NCBI RefSeq assembly: GCF_006345805.1
Contig: NC_042997.1
Location: 16,368,001 to 16,432,000, forward strand
Reading direction: 5' to 3'
Origin: Octopus sinensis
Lineage: Eukaryota
DNA: 64,000 nucleotides
Shown: positions 1-12,590 of the stretch, piece after piece
Layout: each line of letters starts with the position of its first letter
How positions within the stretch are numbered: position 1 is the stretch's first letter
The notes under the pieces: generated by a model
The model's database searches: none
What the model saw: the letters and a program-made list of their open reading frames with translations, nothing else
What the model was told of the DNA's origin: nothing
Made by a program: the position numbers and the translations under genes

Positions 1-69
1 TTACTTCTCTCCTCTTTTCCTTTCCAACAACACATGGGACTTCGAAGGGGTTATTTTAAAATATACATA

Positions 70-330
70 GGCTTGGACATGACGGTGTGGTTAATAAGTT
101 AGCTTTACAACCACGTGGTTTCAGGTTTAGTCACACTGAGGCACCTTGGGAAAGTACCTTCTACTATAATCCCAGAGCGATCAATGGTTGAAGAAACAGT
201 CTGGAAGCCCATCACATATACGTACATATATGTGTGTTGCCGGTGTATGTATCTGTTTGTCCCAACTCACCGCTTGACAATCGATGTTTGATTATTTAAG
301 CCCCCCCCCCCCTCCCCTGTTATTAGAGGT
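70..330 (+). mobile_element. tRNA-derived SINE, family C (degenerate)
   Basis: tRNA-like head GGTGTGGTTAATAAGTTAGC...GGTTTCAGGTTTAGTC; body similar to the reverse complement of 36295-36668 and to 23450-23665. Confidence 0.6.
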
Positions 331-333
331 TCG

Positions 334-548
334 AAAGGCGGCGAGCTGGCAAAATCGTTAGCACGACGAGCAAAATGCTCAGCGGCATTTCGTCCGTTTT
401 TACGTTCTGAGTTCAGATTTCGCCGGGATCGATTTTACCTTTCATCCTTTCGAGGTCGATAAATTGAGTACCAATGAGACACTGAGTCGATGTAATCGAC
501 TAGTCCCCTCTCCCAAAATTTCAGGCCTTGTGCCTTTAGTAGAAATAT
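334..548 (+). mobile_element. tRNA-derived SINE, family A (tail type 2)
   Basis: AGGCGGCGAGCTGGC head (A-box-like), GAGTTCAGATTTC B-box-like motif, body shared with about 10 other copies in the window. Confidence 0.8.
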
Positions 549-686
549 TATTAGTTGTTTGGCACAAAATCCTGATAGAATTTCACCAAACTTTTTTTAA
601 ATAAATACTGAAGTCGATTTGGCCGACTATACTTATCAAAGCAGTGCCCCAGCATTGCAGTAGTCCAGTAGTCGAAATTTCCCCAA

Positions 687-732
687 GACACCTGATGAAG
701 GCTGGAGGGTATATCAGCCGAAACGTTGTGCT
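687..732 (+). ncRNA. Minimal type I hammerhead ribozyme (Penelope/retrozyme type)
   Basis: GACAC-CTGATGA-A-GGCTG[gagggtatat]CAGCC-GAAAC-GTT-GTGCT: intact core, 5-bp stem II, stem I GACAC/GTGCT (3 WC pairs, 1 mismatch, 1 wobble), palindromic AACGTT in place of a stem III hairpin. Confidence 0.7.
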
Positions 733-3299
733 AACGACAAACAAGATGAGAACAAATATCTGTCAATTGTAAATAATTATTCCATGGACTTCGAAAATAA
801 CCAACTTATCAATTACATTTTTGGTGATCTGACATCTACAATACATCCTACCAATAGTTGCAATTGGCAACTCTGACGCTAGCAAAACCAAAAATGCAGT
901 CTTCTCAACCGGATGTACTGTACGTGCAATTGAAAGGACAATCCTTATTTGTCTCATACACTTTGTCATGATGATTCTGCTTACACGATTTTCTTTGAAA
1001 ACACGTGTCTTACGCGTTAACGCAAGGAGTATATTGTTTGGGCAATCAAACAACTAGAATACTCATCGTGGAAACCAAATGAGATCCATTTTTAATGTTT
1101 TGTTGCTTGTGTTCAATGTTTTGGGTTTTTTTTTAATCAAGATGCAGTGGAGATTTTATTTTACTTCTTTGTTAGAGCCACGGCCAACAATTTTCTTTCA
1201 CCACTCAGTATCCAGCTCCAGATGTTCAGTTTTTCCTCATACCACTTTTGTTCCTAGACAGTTAAGAATTATCTATCTATAGGCTAAGTTTTTGCCCATG
1301 TAACAGTCGTCAGAAGAATTTTTAAATGGAATGAATCATAAATAAAATTACTTGTTTCTTTCTGAAGCTTGAGGAGCAAAAATATTTGAGTAGCATCCAC
1401 ATGGTCAGACAGAGAGCAGAAAACAAGACCAAATTGTAGATATAAAAAATTTTAAAGGCTTCCAGGGCAAACTGAGCTATTAGTTATTGTTATTGTTTTG
1501 CAGACCTATCGTAAAAGGCATTTCGACCATGACTAAGGCATTTTTCCTCCCAGGCATCTAAAACTATTTTATATAATGTATGTTTTCAGTTTAAAGGCAT
1601 AATTTGTCTTTTAGCGTTGTTTGGTCGACAAGGACGTATGTAACAGTTATATGTTACTGACAGATGTAACAGATGTAATGGTGATTATTATTGATAGCAG
1701 GTTGGTAGGACAGTGAGATATGCGCCAAAATGAATTAAAAGAAGGAAGAAGTAAATTCTTACAGATTTCATTTATCGTCACAATTTGTCTCAATAAAAAC
1801 AGCGTACTGAGTCTGTAGTAGTCGGTTGTTTTCTGGTGGTAGGAGGGTGATAGTAACGACAAAGCTTGCACAACATTTGAGAAAATGTTTGTGTCAAATG
1901 TAAATGCTAGAAAGAGATAGACGTGCGACATCTAAGAGTAAAAACGAACTGTATAAAAATATTTGGAGAGGGTTCGAATTTATGCATGTTCGAAAGCTAA
2001 AAGTAGGTCGGGAGAACAAGAAAGTAAATAAGTTCACCGTGTTGAACTAAAATTCACCTAAGATGTTGGGGGAAAAGAATAGGTCTTATTTATCTGAATC
2101 GAACGGAGTATGACAGTTGACTTTCGTAAATTTCCAAGTGCAAGGGCCGAGAACAAAAGAAGGAAATTTACGGAAAAATTTAGCAAAGGTTTTCAATTCC
2201 TGACTAAGAATCCAGGAACTAACCGTTTCAAGTAGTTGTAAAACACTTGAGTTGAATTAATTAGTTATTGTTTTAAGACTGCTTCCCGCATTGTTATTGT
2301 CACTCCTTATCAAGGTGGAGAGCTTGCAGAATCGTTAGCATGTCAAAGTGCTTTGTGAGAGTTCGTCCGTCTTTATGTTCTGAGTTCGAATTCCGCCGAA
2401 GTCGTTTTTGCATTTTATCCTTTCGGCGTCGATAAAATATGTAGCAGTTGAGTATTGGGATCGATGTAATCGACTAGCTCCCTCCCCGAAAATTTCAGTC
2501 CTTTTTGCCAATAGTAGAAAGAATTATCACTCCTTTTCTTTTTTAAACACTTTCTCATCATATCTTTGAAGTTTTGAAAAATAAGAGCGGATCAATTCTT
2601 CACTTTACAGCTGGATGAACCAAAGGATAATTTTTATTCTAAGTAACATTTCACATACATCTCTGACTCCCGGTAGATAAAGAAATTAAGTAGAGAACCT
2701 TTTCGAGAAAAAGTAAACCACTTCTTGTGAGGTGTGTCATTTGCAACAATACGCAAGAGGCTACGTGTTAGCTGCAAGTGTCTTAGAGTGGAAGAACTTC
2801 CTAATGTTCATTTTTCTCGAGTTTCAAGAGTGTTGCTGGAATATATTTGATAAGTACCAATGACTTGTAGGCACACGGTATTTCGTTATGCTACCATGAG
2901 AATTCTCGACTCCGTCGGTCACGAATGGCCATGGGCGCACCTAAGGGATTCTCCTCCAGAGTACATGTCTGAGCGGAAAGTCGCCTCACAGGCGAACGCA
3001 CAACCCAGGGTTGTCTTTATGGAAGACCAGCAGTTGCCCATGCATACCAGCTCCCCTCTCCACGCCACCGATGTTATCCAAGGGAAAGGCAAAGGCAGAT
3101 ACAGCTTGGCACTAGTGACGTCGCAATTCATTTCTACAACAACCATAATACGCTACAAAGTATACCAACGTTTTTATAAGTCAATACCGTATACTACTGT
3201 GTTAGCAGTGCACTTAGATCATGTGTTAAGGTCTTCTTTACAAATCATTGATTTTTACGTACCATCTTCCAGGAATGTTTAGTATGTAAATTGGTACAT

Positions 3300-3490
3300 C
3301 CAATAACGTTACACCGCTATATGTAGTGGCTATTTAAGCAATAAGTTCGTGGATGAATAATGGGTTAGATGGGTGCTGATGAAGAATCAAAAACTCCCGA
3401 AATATGGCAGACACGCCTATTACCCATTTTTTTCCTCTTCGAACTCATTGTTTACATCTGACGTCTCGGATACGAGACGTTGTAACTAAG
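3300..3490 (+). ncRNA. Degenerate hammerhead-like core inside a long imperfect hairpin
   Basis: CTGATGA at 3376-3382 and GAAA at 3399-3402, enclosed by pairings AATGGGT/ACCCATT, AGTTCG/CGAACT and GTTACA/TGTAAC. Stem II and the cleavage triplet are not intact. Confidence 0.3.
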
Positions 3491-3539
3491 TCAGTTTTGG
3501 ATATAATTTCTATAGAAAATCTGTAAAAAAGACCTTAAC

Positions 3540-3800
3540 TAATTTAATAAGATTCCATATCACTCCACTGTATCTTTCTGCTCGCCAAATACATGAAGAA
3601 TAATGTGGTAATGTTAAAAATGTTAAAAACGTCGCCTGAGGCGGCATTCCTCCCCTCCTCAGAAACGCTACTGTTCCAGTTGGTTTTGCAGTGTCCTTCG
3701 CTCCAACAATGTCTAGGCCTAAACATTCTAAAGCTCTTGATACCTTCATAGCATATTCCCTGTTTCAAGCTAGTAAAATCTGGATTTGCATTTCCTACAG
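3540..3800 (-). pseudogene. Degraded LINE (CR1/L2-like) ORF2 C-terminal fragment
   Basis: Frameshifted minus-strand reading ICYE...LECLGLD..LERRTLQNQLEQ resembles the YEERLxxLGLxxLExRR C-terminal motif. Confidence 0.35.
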
Positions 3801-4023
3801 GTTATATATCTGCGGTCAGTCGTCGCGACTATGACCATTCAGGGCTTTGATATGACTTGATAAGCTTTCTTCATACTGGTCGGTTTTCCGCATGGGTTTG
3901 CCATTTATTACGATCAATTCTATTCCACTTCATATTCCTTTTTGCATTACTTTTGAATCTCAGTCTAGGTCTTCCATTGTTTCGTTTCCCTTTGCATAGT
4001 TGAGAATAAAGGTGAGTTGAGAA

Positions 4024-4387
4024 TCTCTATATATATAAACGGCAAAATGTCTGCGTGTGTGTCCTTTATACAAATCCACAATTTTTCAGTTAGAGAGCTC
4101 GCACTTTCTATGGTCATTCAAAACCGTCCAAGGGTGGTCGTGCACATCTTTACATTTTCCCAGTCACCCCGCAAAGCGATTAAAAAAGTCAATAGAAGTG
4201 ATTTTTTGGAAATTTTCTATCCAAAACCCAATCAAAATGCCCGAAACTTGATACGCCAATTGAATGCCAGCTAGCAGTATGTGATTGGTCGGAGATTTGG
4301 ACAGTACTCGCGTGTATGTGCGCACGCTCGCAGCTGTATATGCATGCACTAGCACTATGACCCGGCGTTGCCGGGTCATAGTGCTAG
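4024..4387 (+). mobile_element. Non-autonomous Helitron
   Basis: A|TCTCTATATATATAAACGGC 5' end, 3' hairpin and CTAG|T terminus; termini shared with 38488-38862, 52164-52959 and 56547-56929. Confidence 0.75.
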
Positions 4388-7300
4388 TGAGGATATAATT
4401 TGAAATACGATTGTGCTCTTCTATGAGTGAAAATGGTAAACGGTGCTGTCATGCATATTTCCAGAATATGTTTAATCCTGGATCGCCTCATGAATTGAAT
4501 CATATAAAGAATTGTTGACACCATTCATTATATCGAATGTACAAAAAAGTACATCTGCTCGAAAATTATTAGCACCTCGATGATGATAATTTCAAAATGT
4601 AGTTTACAAAGTTCGTATCTCATTAAGTTTTCATTCTTAATCCAACAGATTTTATTTAAGAAAAGAAATACTAGTTTGTTGATCTGACTTTGGGATACCT
4701 GATCACTTTTTCCAGAAAACTTCAATGATTGCCCATGATTCCAGCTCCAGAGAAGCTTATTTTTGTTTAGTTGGTGATAGAGTTCGTAGCAAGAAATGAA
4801 TTGGTTTGTCTGGCAGAGTAAATACTGCACTAATGGTTGTACCAGAAGTACCTGCCTGAAGAATTAACGGTCTCCTTTTATCATTAGACATGGCCTGAAA
4901 ACGCCGCAGTAAGATTTGCTTTCAACATGGAAATAGGTTTTAATGACTTTTCTATTCAGTGGAAACTATTTCTCTTGAAGAGTTAACAAAGGTTTGACTT
5001 CATAAAAGTAAATATTTTGCACGGCAGACAACAAAAATCAAACTAACAAAAAGCGTAATAGAACTAAACAAGTGTGGTTGGTATGGTGTCAAGAAATCAA
5101 TGCTTTACCCTTTCTTTCAGGACGTTTGTTACAATTTTCAATGATGTGACTCTGTAAAGCAATTTTCTAGACACCAATGAAGATTAATTAGACTAACAAC
5201 ATTTAAAAAGAAAATAATATGAATTATGTTCTTTTTCCACACCAATAATTATTATATCATCGAGTTATGGTCTGAGAATATCTTTTGAGGTTTATACTTC
5301 TCAACAATTGTGTTTATTACACTGAAGCTGTATTTGCTATAGTAATTTTCCCATTAGCACTGTTTCTCATTAACTTCTAATGCAATAAAGATTTTTATCT
5401 TTGTTTTGAATTTGATGGTATCAAATATTTCAATAAGTTCAATTGTAACAAGAGTCTAGAGTCAACATTTTTGGTCTTTTCTTTAGTCTAAAAATGAGGA
5501 AGGTAATAAAAAGTGATGTTATCTCTTGGGATATTGGCAAATATATACATTCCCACAGCAAGTTTGCCTGCCTCAATCTCAGAGAAGCGGTAAAGACCGA
5601 AATGTCAGATTCTACACTACTCACGGCTTTTGAATTTATCAACCTTTCCTTCTGCTCATTTTACTCTTTATTATGATGTACCGATTTTAGTTCTATTTGG
5701 GAGGAAATTTTATTTTTAGCCAAAAGTATTTAAAATATTAACTATATCAGTAGTTGGATATTCATGAATTTGAGTGTATCTATTGACAGTTTTGTGAATA
5801 GTCTATCACCAATCGATATTTATTAGTTCTTATGACGCCGTGGTGACTGAGAAGGCTCAATTATGCCTTCTAAAAATTGATTAATTTCTTTAAAGATGAA
5901 TTCACAATCTGTTGAAGATAACTTGCATGATTTAGCACATATTGGCTGTAAATACTTGATAAGAATATCAGAAAATATGAAAATCGAACCAATCTTTATG
6001 GTTGAAAAAAACAGTACAACATTATGTCTGGGATGCTGGACAATAAAAAGTACTTTGTGCTTTTTCTTCCTGAAGCTCCATCTTTATTGACTAAGATATT
6101 GAGCTAAGATATTCAATCTACAATCAGATTTGTGTTTAAGATATAACTACATATTCGTTTTGACTTTGGGTTTGCATTTTAATGCAAACGTAGCCATAGT
6201 CAGTAAAAGTTTTTTTTTTAAATACCTATGTAATCATCGCAGTAGACTTATTTATTATCAATCACATGAAGTCATAATGATACAACCGACTACTTTGTCA
6301 TAAAATTCTGTCGATCCATGATCAATCAAGGAACAAACTGAATTTTTATCATTTAGCGCGACTGCTTCGTATACTGATTTTAGAGTCGTTAACGACTTTC
6401 TCCCAAAACAAACGCTTTAGGCCACTGTAGCGTATGGGACTACAAAGGAAGAAAAGATAAGGCCAACAAATTCAAAAGAAATCGATTGACAGAAAGCTTA
6501 AAGGGCTGTGTATATATTGAACAGAGGGAAACAAAACGAGTGTAGTGAATTCCAGAGAGCAGCAATTCGAAGAAAGAAGCTATTACAATAAAAAAGACTT
6601 ATGACCAAGGAAGCTCAGCAGAGAAAATTATGAGCCTGGGAAGAGAAGCAGATGACATGTTTAAAGGTCTTGACAGAGGGTACTAGACCAGAATTTTTAT
6701 CAAAGCACTGACCATAGAAATTTGCTCAGACCAAATGTTGCTGATTTTGGAGTTCATACTTCAGTCCAATGATTAAATGCATCATGGTCAATGGGACAGA
6801 ACTTTAAGAGATGGACAGAATATTCTTGTATGAGGATGAAGGCCACAGAATTGTGTGATGTTATAAAGAAATATTTAACTGATTTTAGCTGATTAGATTT
6901 ATATCAAAATATACGTTGAGACTTCTGAGATAGCCAAAACGTTCTCATCTTCAGAGTTGGGCGTTGCTTTTGCTAACATAAATGAAAATTTGTTCAAAGA
7001 AAAAACAAGCTTCTGAGCTAGTACAACGGTCATTCAACTCAGATGTGCTTTGGCAGTAAGTAGGTCAGCTACAAGAGTATTGCGCATGAGCAATTGCTTG
7101 TGTTCAAGTGCGCAAATGAGTTTATATTTCTATTTTTCAACAGATTATTTTATATAATCTCAGGTAATCATTAAATAACTGTTTTATCAGATTTCTGTTT
7201 TCATGGCAATAATCCAACATGGACATAGTCGAAAGGAGTCGATACGATACAAACAAACCATCAATTTTTCAGTCAGCAACCATGATGACTCGTCAGCTTG

Positions 7301-9429
7301 ACCCCCCCCCCCGCCCCTGCAACCGAATGTCTTTCAACATCGCAAAGGACTGAGTAAATTTTAATTAACATGCTTAATACCTAGATCAGTAAAAAGCTAA
7401 CTAGAAATAAATGTGTGATTAGGAAAAAAAAAAAAAAAAGAAACAGACAAGTGTGATTCGGATCCTCTTAGTATGTCTTTGTCACTTTCCTGTTTCAAAT
7501 TGATTCTCAAATTGATTCTAATATTTTTTTCATTTTTCTAATAAATATGGGAGCTAACTTCGCAATTGTTCGCTCTCATTCTGATCTCATCAGCGAAATA
7601 TACACTTGAAAGAGTGCTTCATATTATGTTATATTTTGTAACCCACAGAACCGAGTATCTTTTTCATTCGTGCTTAGTGACACATAAATGTTTCATAATG
7701 TATCGGAGGGGTGTCTGTAAGTATTTTTCAATAGTATTTTTTAATTTTAAGTCAGCCTTGATTATACAGACATATTATCGAAGACATTCCAATCGCAACC
7801 GTCAAGTTTTATGAGAACTACGTTATCCAACGTGGCCTTTCTTCTTTAAAAATGGTTGAGTTTTATACAAAAGAGTTTTGATAGCTATTTTTAGCAGATT
7901 GAGCGATTACGTGGAGGCTTACTCGTTGGTTTATTTTTGTTTAATAATTTCCTGTACTGCCGCTACTCTGAAACTGCCTGAAAATTTACTTATGTATTAT
8001 TATCCGGGGGCCTAAGCATATTGTAATGTAGCATTCACCCCAATTTCGTTCTGATTCAGTTCAGTTGAGTAACTACTAAAACTAACATACAAAGGCGCTC
8101 TTTCCTTTTGAAAAAAAAAATGAACGTGGTTGTGAAACGAAAGCAGAGGCAAGCCTCGGCCTCTTCCTCAATCCTGCACCCCATACTTGCACACATACAT
8201 GAAAGAAAAGTAAACTTTACAAAAATAACTTTATTTTTTCATGTTTTTTTTTTCTTTTTAATTTAAAATAACGTCAAATTCTAAATGAAAAACGGTTTCC
8301 TCTCATTTCGACCTTAACATCTCGTAAGATTGTTAAGACTATATCCAAAGCAGGATAATTTCACAAAGATTTCCAACTTCTTTCCGCCATCGATTTCTTA
8401 AAATGGTAAGTAATAAGACAGCCACAAAAGTGGTAGAAAGGCCAGTCAAGCAATACACGTAACATACGAAAAAAAAAAATCCAAAGTAGTTTTCAAGATT
8501 TTAACTATTTCCTGATTTGTCTAACAGGAATTCTCTTCAAATATATGGCTGAAATTTAACTTAACTTAATTTAGTGTTAGGGCTACGGCGGAAGTAGTTA
8601 ACCGTACAATCTCATAGTGTGGGATCAAAAAATTACTTTTTCTTTTTCATATAGCTTATCTTTTTCCTTTTTGCTTTTCTCCTTAAAAGAAAATGGGATT
8701 CCATAATTTGAATGAGTTGTTGAAATTATAGATGCATTAATAAATATAATGATATATTTTAAATCATACAATGTGTTCGCCTCACCGAACAAATAATAAA
8801 TCGTTGGTTATTAAAAGAAATCTCTTTGTGATTTTCTGATCGAATTTCTAATCAATAACAGAAAAACTATTGTTGTGTATGATCACGAAGCAAGAATGTT
8901 TATGGACCTGCAGTTGTCTAGATGGATAAAGATATGCATATCCATCATACAAATCGTTTTCCTCTCTTTTCTGTCAAATAAGAATTATAGATTACTTAGA
9001 AAATTATAATTTTCACTTCGTAAATATGATTCAAAGATTTCTGAAGTAATATATTTGGCAATCATCAACACACACACCGAATTGAATTGAAATATGATCA
9101 ATGCTTTTTTTTTCTCTCAGACGAAAAGACACTTCTGAAATGTCAGAATCCTGAACCCAATCCCACGGGATATGAACTTAGACTCAACAACTACACTGTA
9201 TAATTTTGCTGACGCAGACCACCTTCCTTGGACTATCCCTTAAAAAACTACCCTTTAAATGAGTTACTCTTCTTGTAATTTATACATACAATAGCATGGT
9301 TGTTCTAAAGGAAGTGAAACAACGCAAAATTGTATTATCCTACGAGGCCTGGTTTGAGTTAATAGATGGCATAAAGGAGAAATGGCAATTGTTAGTATCA
9401 GGAATACGGCGCGAAGGATTACGTACATA

Positions 9430-9525
9430 ACATACATATAAACGTACATACAAACGTACATACAAACGTACATACATACATATAGACAGACAGACAGATA
9501 GACAAACGTACGCAGACATACATAA

Positions 9526-9572
<47 letters not shown>

Positions 9573-9581
9573 TAGACAGAC

Positions 9582-9655
<74 letters not shown>
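9430..9655. repeat. Compound tetranucleotide microsatellite (ACAT/AGAC/AGAT)n
   Basis: Directly visible. Confidence 0.95.
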
Positions 9656-9656
<1 letters not shown>

Positions 9657-10551
9657 AATCTATTCACGCATTAGGGCCTTTGCAACTGCAAGGGATGAAA
9701 TGTCTTTAATCGGCTTGTCTTCAGGCCATCTGGAAAAACAGTCTATACATTTCAAACGATACATTTTATCCTAAAGTGGTGGAAGAGGACTCACGATATC
9801 TACGTGGATATGCTTGAAACGAGCAGTAGGAGTAGCAAAAGTGCTAAACGGTGTTTCGATGTGATGCTTAATCTTGACTTTTTGACAGGATATTTCGATG
9901 GCGCGCCTAATTACGAATTTCCTTCGGTACACTAGATCAAACAAAACGATTTGAAATGAATCTCATCGTTGTCGAAATGCCCGGATGAGATAAATTATGG
10001 ACAGCGGAAAAGACGTTTCGTCAGTGATTCTCTAGGATGTAAGGTCTAGAAAATCCATTAGAAATATCACACCATATAAATGAAACACTAGAATGCAGTG
10101 GTAATATACAAACGTCGAGAGAAGATGACTTAGATGCCCAAAGTTGTAATAACTCTTCATTGTTCTTTTGGTGCATAGCAACCTTTTCCAAGTCGATAGT
10201 ATCGGCAGAATGCAAAGCATGGACATACACACGGGATAAAGTGTCTGCTGTAGAATTATCAGGACCCTTAATTTAACGAATATCCAGAGTAAACTGCGAG
10301 ATATAATCAAGGAGCCTGATGTCTCTAGGGGAGCGTTTATCAGTCTTATGCTTCACAGATAAATAAGCGGCCAATAATTCTCCTCCGAAAATACTCTACC
10401 GCGTTTCTACTGGTTTGAAACGCTTGGAAAAGAGGAAAGTGGTTGGCAAGCACCTTGAACAAACTGTTGCAGTACCCCATCGATTCCAACGTCAGATGCA
10501 TCTACTATCAATGATAGGAGGGCATCTGGCACCGGATGGCCTAATGGGGGA

Positions 10552-10933
10552 AGCACTACGTCGGTTACGACGACGAGGGTTCCGGTTGATCCGATCAACG
10601 GAACAGCCTGCTCGTGAAATTAACGTGTAAGTGGCTGAGCACTCCACAGACACGTGTACCCTTAACGTAGTTCTCGGGGATATTCAGCGTGACACACAGG
10701 ATGTGACAAGGCCGGTCCTTTGAAATACAGGTACGACTGAAACAGGAAGTAAGAGTGAGAGAAAGTTGTGGTGAAAGAGTACAGCAGGGATCACCACCAT
10801 CCCTGCCGGAGCCTCGTGGAGCTTTAGGTGTTTTCGCTCAATAAACACTCACAACGCCCGGTCTTGGAATCGAAACCGCGATCCTACGACCGCGAGTCCG
10901 CTGCCCTAACCACTGGGCCATTGCGCCTCCACA
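10552..10933 (-). mobile_element. tRNA-derived SINE, family B
   Basis: Head GTGGAGGCGCAATGGCCCAGTGGTTAGGGCAGCGGACTCGCGGTCG...GGTTTCGATTCC; duplicated flank GGATGGCCTAAT (10532-10543 and about 10934-10945); near-identical to 19382-19765. Confidence 0.85.
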
Positions 10934-11333
10934 GGATGGCCTAATAGTGTATCTTCAGTTAACGTTTCTTTGATATCATTAAAAAATTGCAATTTTGTCG
11001 GAGTTAGAGAAAGACTTTCGTTCTTTCCTTTACGATTATGTAACAACACTGCTGGTGGAAATATGGTTTTCATACAGTGTGGAATAAATCTTCTATAGAA
11101 GTTAATTAGAAATTTTCACAGCTTCCTTGCCAATGCAGGAGCTGGAATATTTATAACGGCATCTACTTTTTCCTTTAGCGGACGAATTCCATCTTTATCA
11201 ATATGTCCCAAAACTTTAATAGAAGAAACACCAAAGACATTTACTGGGATTAATTACAACTCTGAACTGTGACAATCTAGTAAAACAATTGTTCTAAGTG
11301 CTACTCATGCTGCATTTCCGTAAGGCTAGTAAT

Positions 11334-11918
11334 TGTAACGGGAACTAATATAGCTTCACTGCACTTTTAAGGTGCAGTTGGTGCATACAAATTACCGTTG
11401 CTTTAATATCCAGATTCTACCAGTCAAAGAAACACAAAACGCAGACGTAAAAATATATATACTTTATTGTCTTATAACGGTAAGAAATAAGTGGTATATC
11501 TGGTATCCCTTGGTTCTGGGCGTGCAAGGCTGAACTTTAACGCTTGTAGATTTTACAGTGTTCAGCCGCTAAAACAGAACTGTGGTCAAAATGGCGTCCG
11601 GAGGGAGAAGATGATATGGTCTGCAACAAATGTCAGGGGGAAACGAAGATAATACGCGTCTTCTTCTATGAAAAGCCTGACTGCTGCTATATCAAGTCCG
11701 GAGAGAGAAAATTACACGTTTGGTGCCTTCGGTCGCCGTGTCTCAAGTCAGCCTACTGCTGCTATGTCTCTCCGGACCCCTTTAAGGTTCACGCTCCCTT
11801 GCCTCGGCTAACTGCCACGTCAGCAAAATTCCTTCTTCCGGTGGTGAAAGCACCAACCCCGCACGCGCGAAACAGAAAAGGGCGGTGCGCGCGCGCGCCG
11901 TTGTAGAGGATCACTACA
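11334..11918 (-). mobile_element. Solo LTR (585 bp)
   Basis: TGTA...TACA termini, 4-bp TSD TAAT (11330-11333 and 11919-11922), AATAAA on the minus strand near 11465; splits the Gypsy RT just after YIDD. Confidence 0.75.
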
Positions 11919-11992
11919 TAATCAACTAGTCATCAATATAGGCAAAAAATAAGGTCTAGACCACGAATGACTTATAATATACCATAACATAA

Positions 11993-12207
11993 ACCTTTCT
12001 ACTGTAGGTACAAGGCCTGAAATTTTGGGGAAGTGGTTAAGTCGATTACAACGCCCCTAGTGTTGAAGTGGTACTTATTTTATCGACCCCCAAAGGATGA
12101 AAAGTAAAATCGACCTCGGTGTCATTTGAACTCAGAACGTAAAGACGGATGAGATGTGTTGAGCATTTTGCCCGACGTGCTAACGATTCTGCCAGCTCAC
12201 CGCCTTT
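11993..12207 (-). mobile_element. tRNA-derived SINE, family A (tail type 2)
   Basis: Reverse complement of the 334-548 consensus. Confidence 0.8.
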
Positions 12208-12454
12208 GTATAATACAATATAGTATAATGATAAACAAGCAAACTGACATCAGGTCAACTTATGACATTTATATATTTAAATATGAGCGCTAAGCTGTTA
12301 CGAGAATATAGCACACGAGAAGCCGATAAAAGATGAGTTGAAGAATGTTCATAATGGTTATTGTATACGCTAGTATTCTTCCGAGACAATAATGCGATAA
12401 GCCCGAATTATTGGTATTAGGTGAAGCTGGATATCATAAGTAGAATTCAAAGAA

Positions 12455-12590
12455 GGAACGAAGGAAGGAAGAAAGATAGGTGGGTAGGTAGGTAGGTAGG
12501 TAGGTAGGTAGGTAGGTAGGTAGGTAGGTATGTATGTAGGTAGGTAGGTAGGTAGGTAGGTAGGTAGGTAGGTAGGTAGGTAGGTAGGTG
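12455..12590. repeat. (GAAG)/(GGTA)n microsatellite
   Basis: Directly visible. Confidence 0.95.

Larger units (their letters stand above)
9640..11970 (-). pseudogene. Old Ty3/Gypsy (CsRn1-like) pol remnant: RT, RNase H, integrase
   Basis: Minus-strand motifs IRGLDLIF-AYIDD, VLGHIDKDGIRPLKEKVDAV, INFYRRFIP, LIVDASDVGIDGVLQQ, DNSTADTLSR, HNLSHPG, RFKHIHVDIVSPLP and CIDCFSRWPE, with many stops and frameshifts; interrupted by a SINE and a solo LTR. Confidence 0.85.

Noticed and set aside
763-1053. 96-aa minus-strand ORF downstream of the hammerhead
   Set aside because: No recognisable motif in any frame; it cannot be assigned to a PLE or host gene.
2585-2650. FTLQLDEPKD, similar to the hAT/Buster FSLQLDESTD motif
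   Set aside because: Single short motif with no supporting flanking homology.
2860-3282. 140-aa ORF
   Set aside because: Overlaps a SINE fragment (GGGAAAGGCAAAGG...) and a repeat also seen near 48850; no protein motif.
4960-5700. Possible Crypton/DUF3504-like remnant
   Set aside because: Only a vague resemblance; no continuous motif could be read.
10880-10933. tRNA-like sequences (also near 19712-19765, 21385-21450 and 47960-48015)
   Set aside because: They are SINE heads continuing into SINE bodies with TSDs, not stand-alone tRNA genes.
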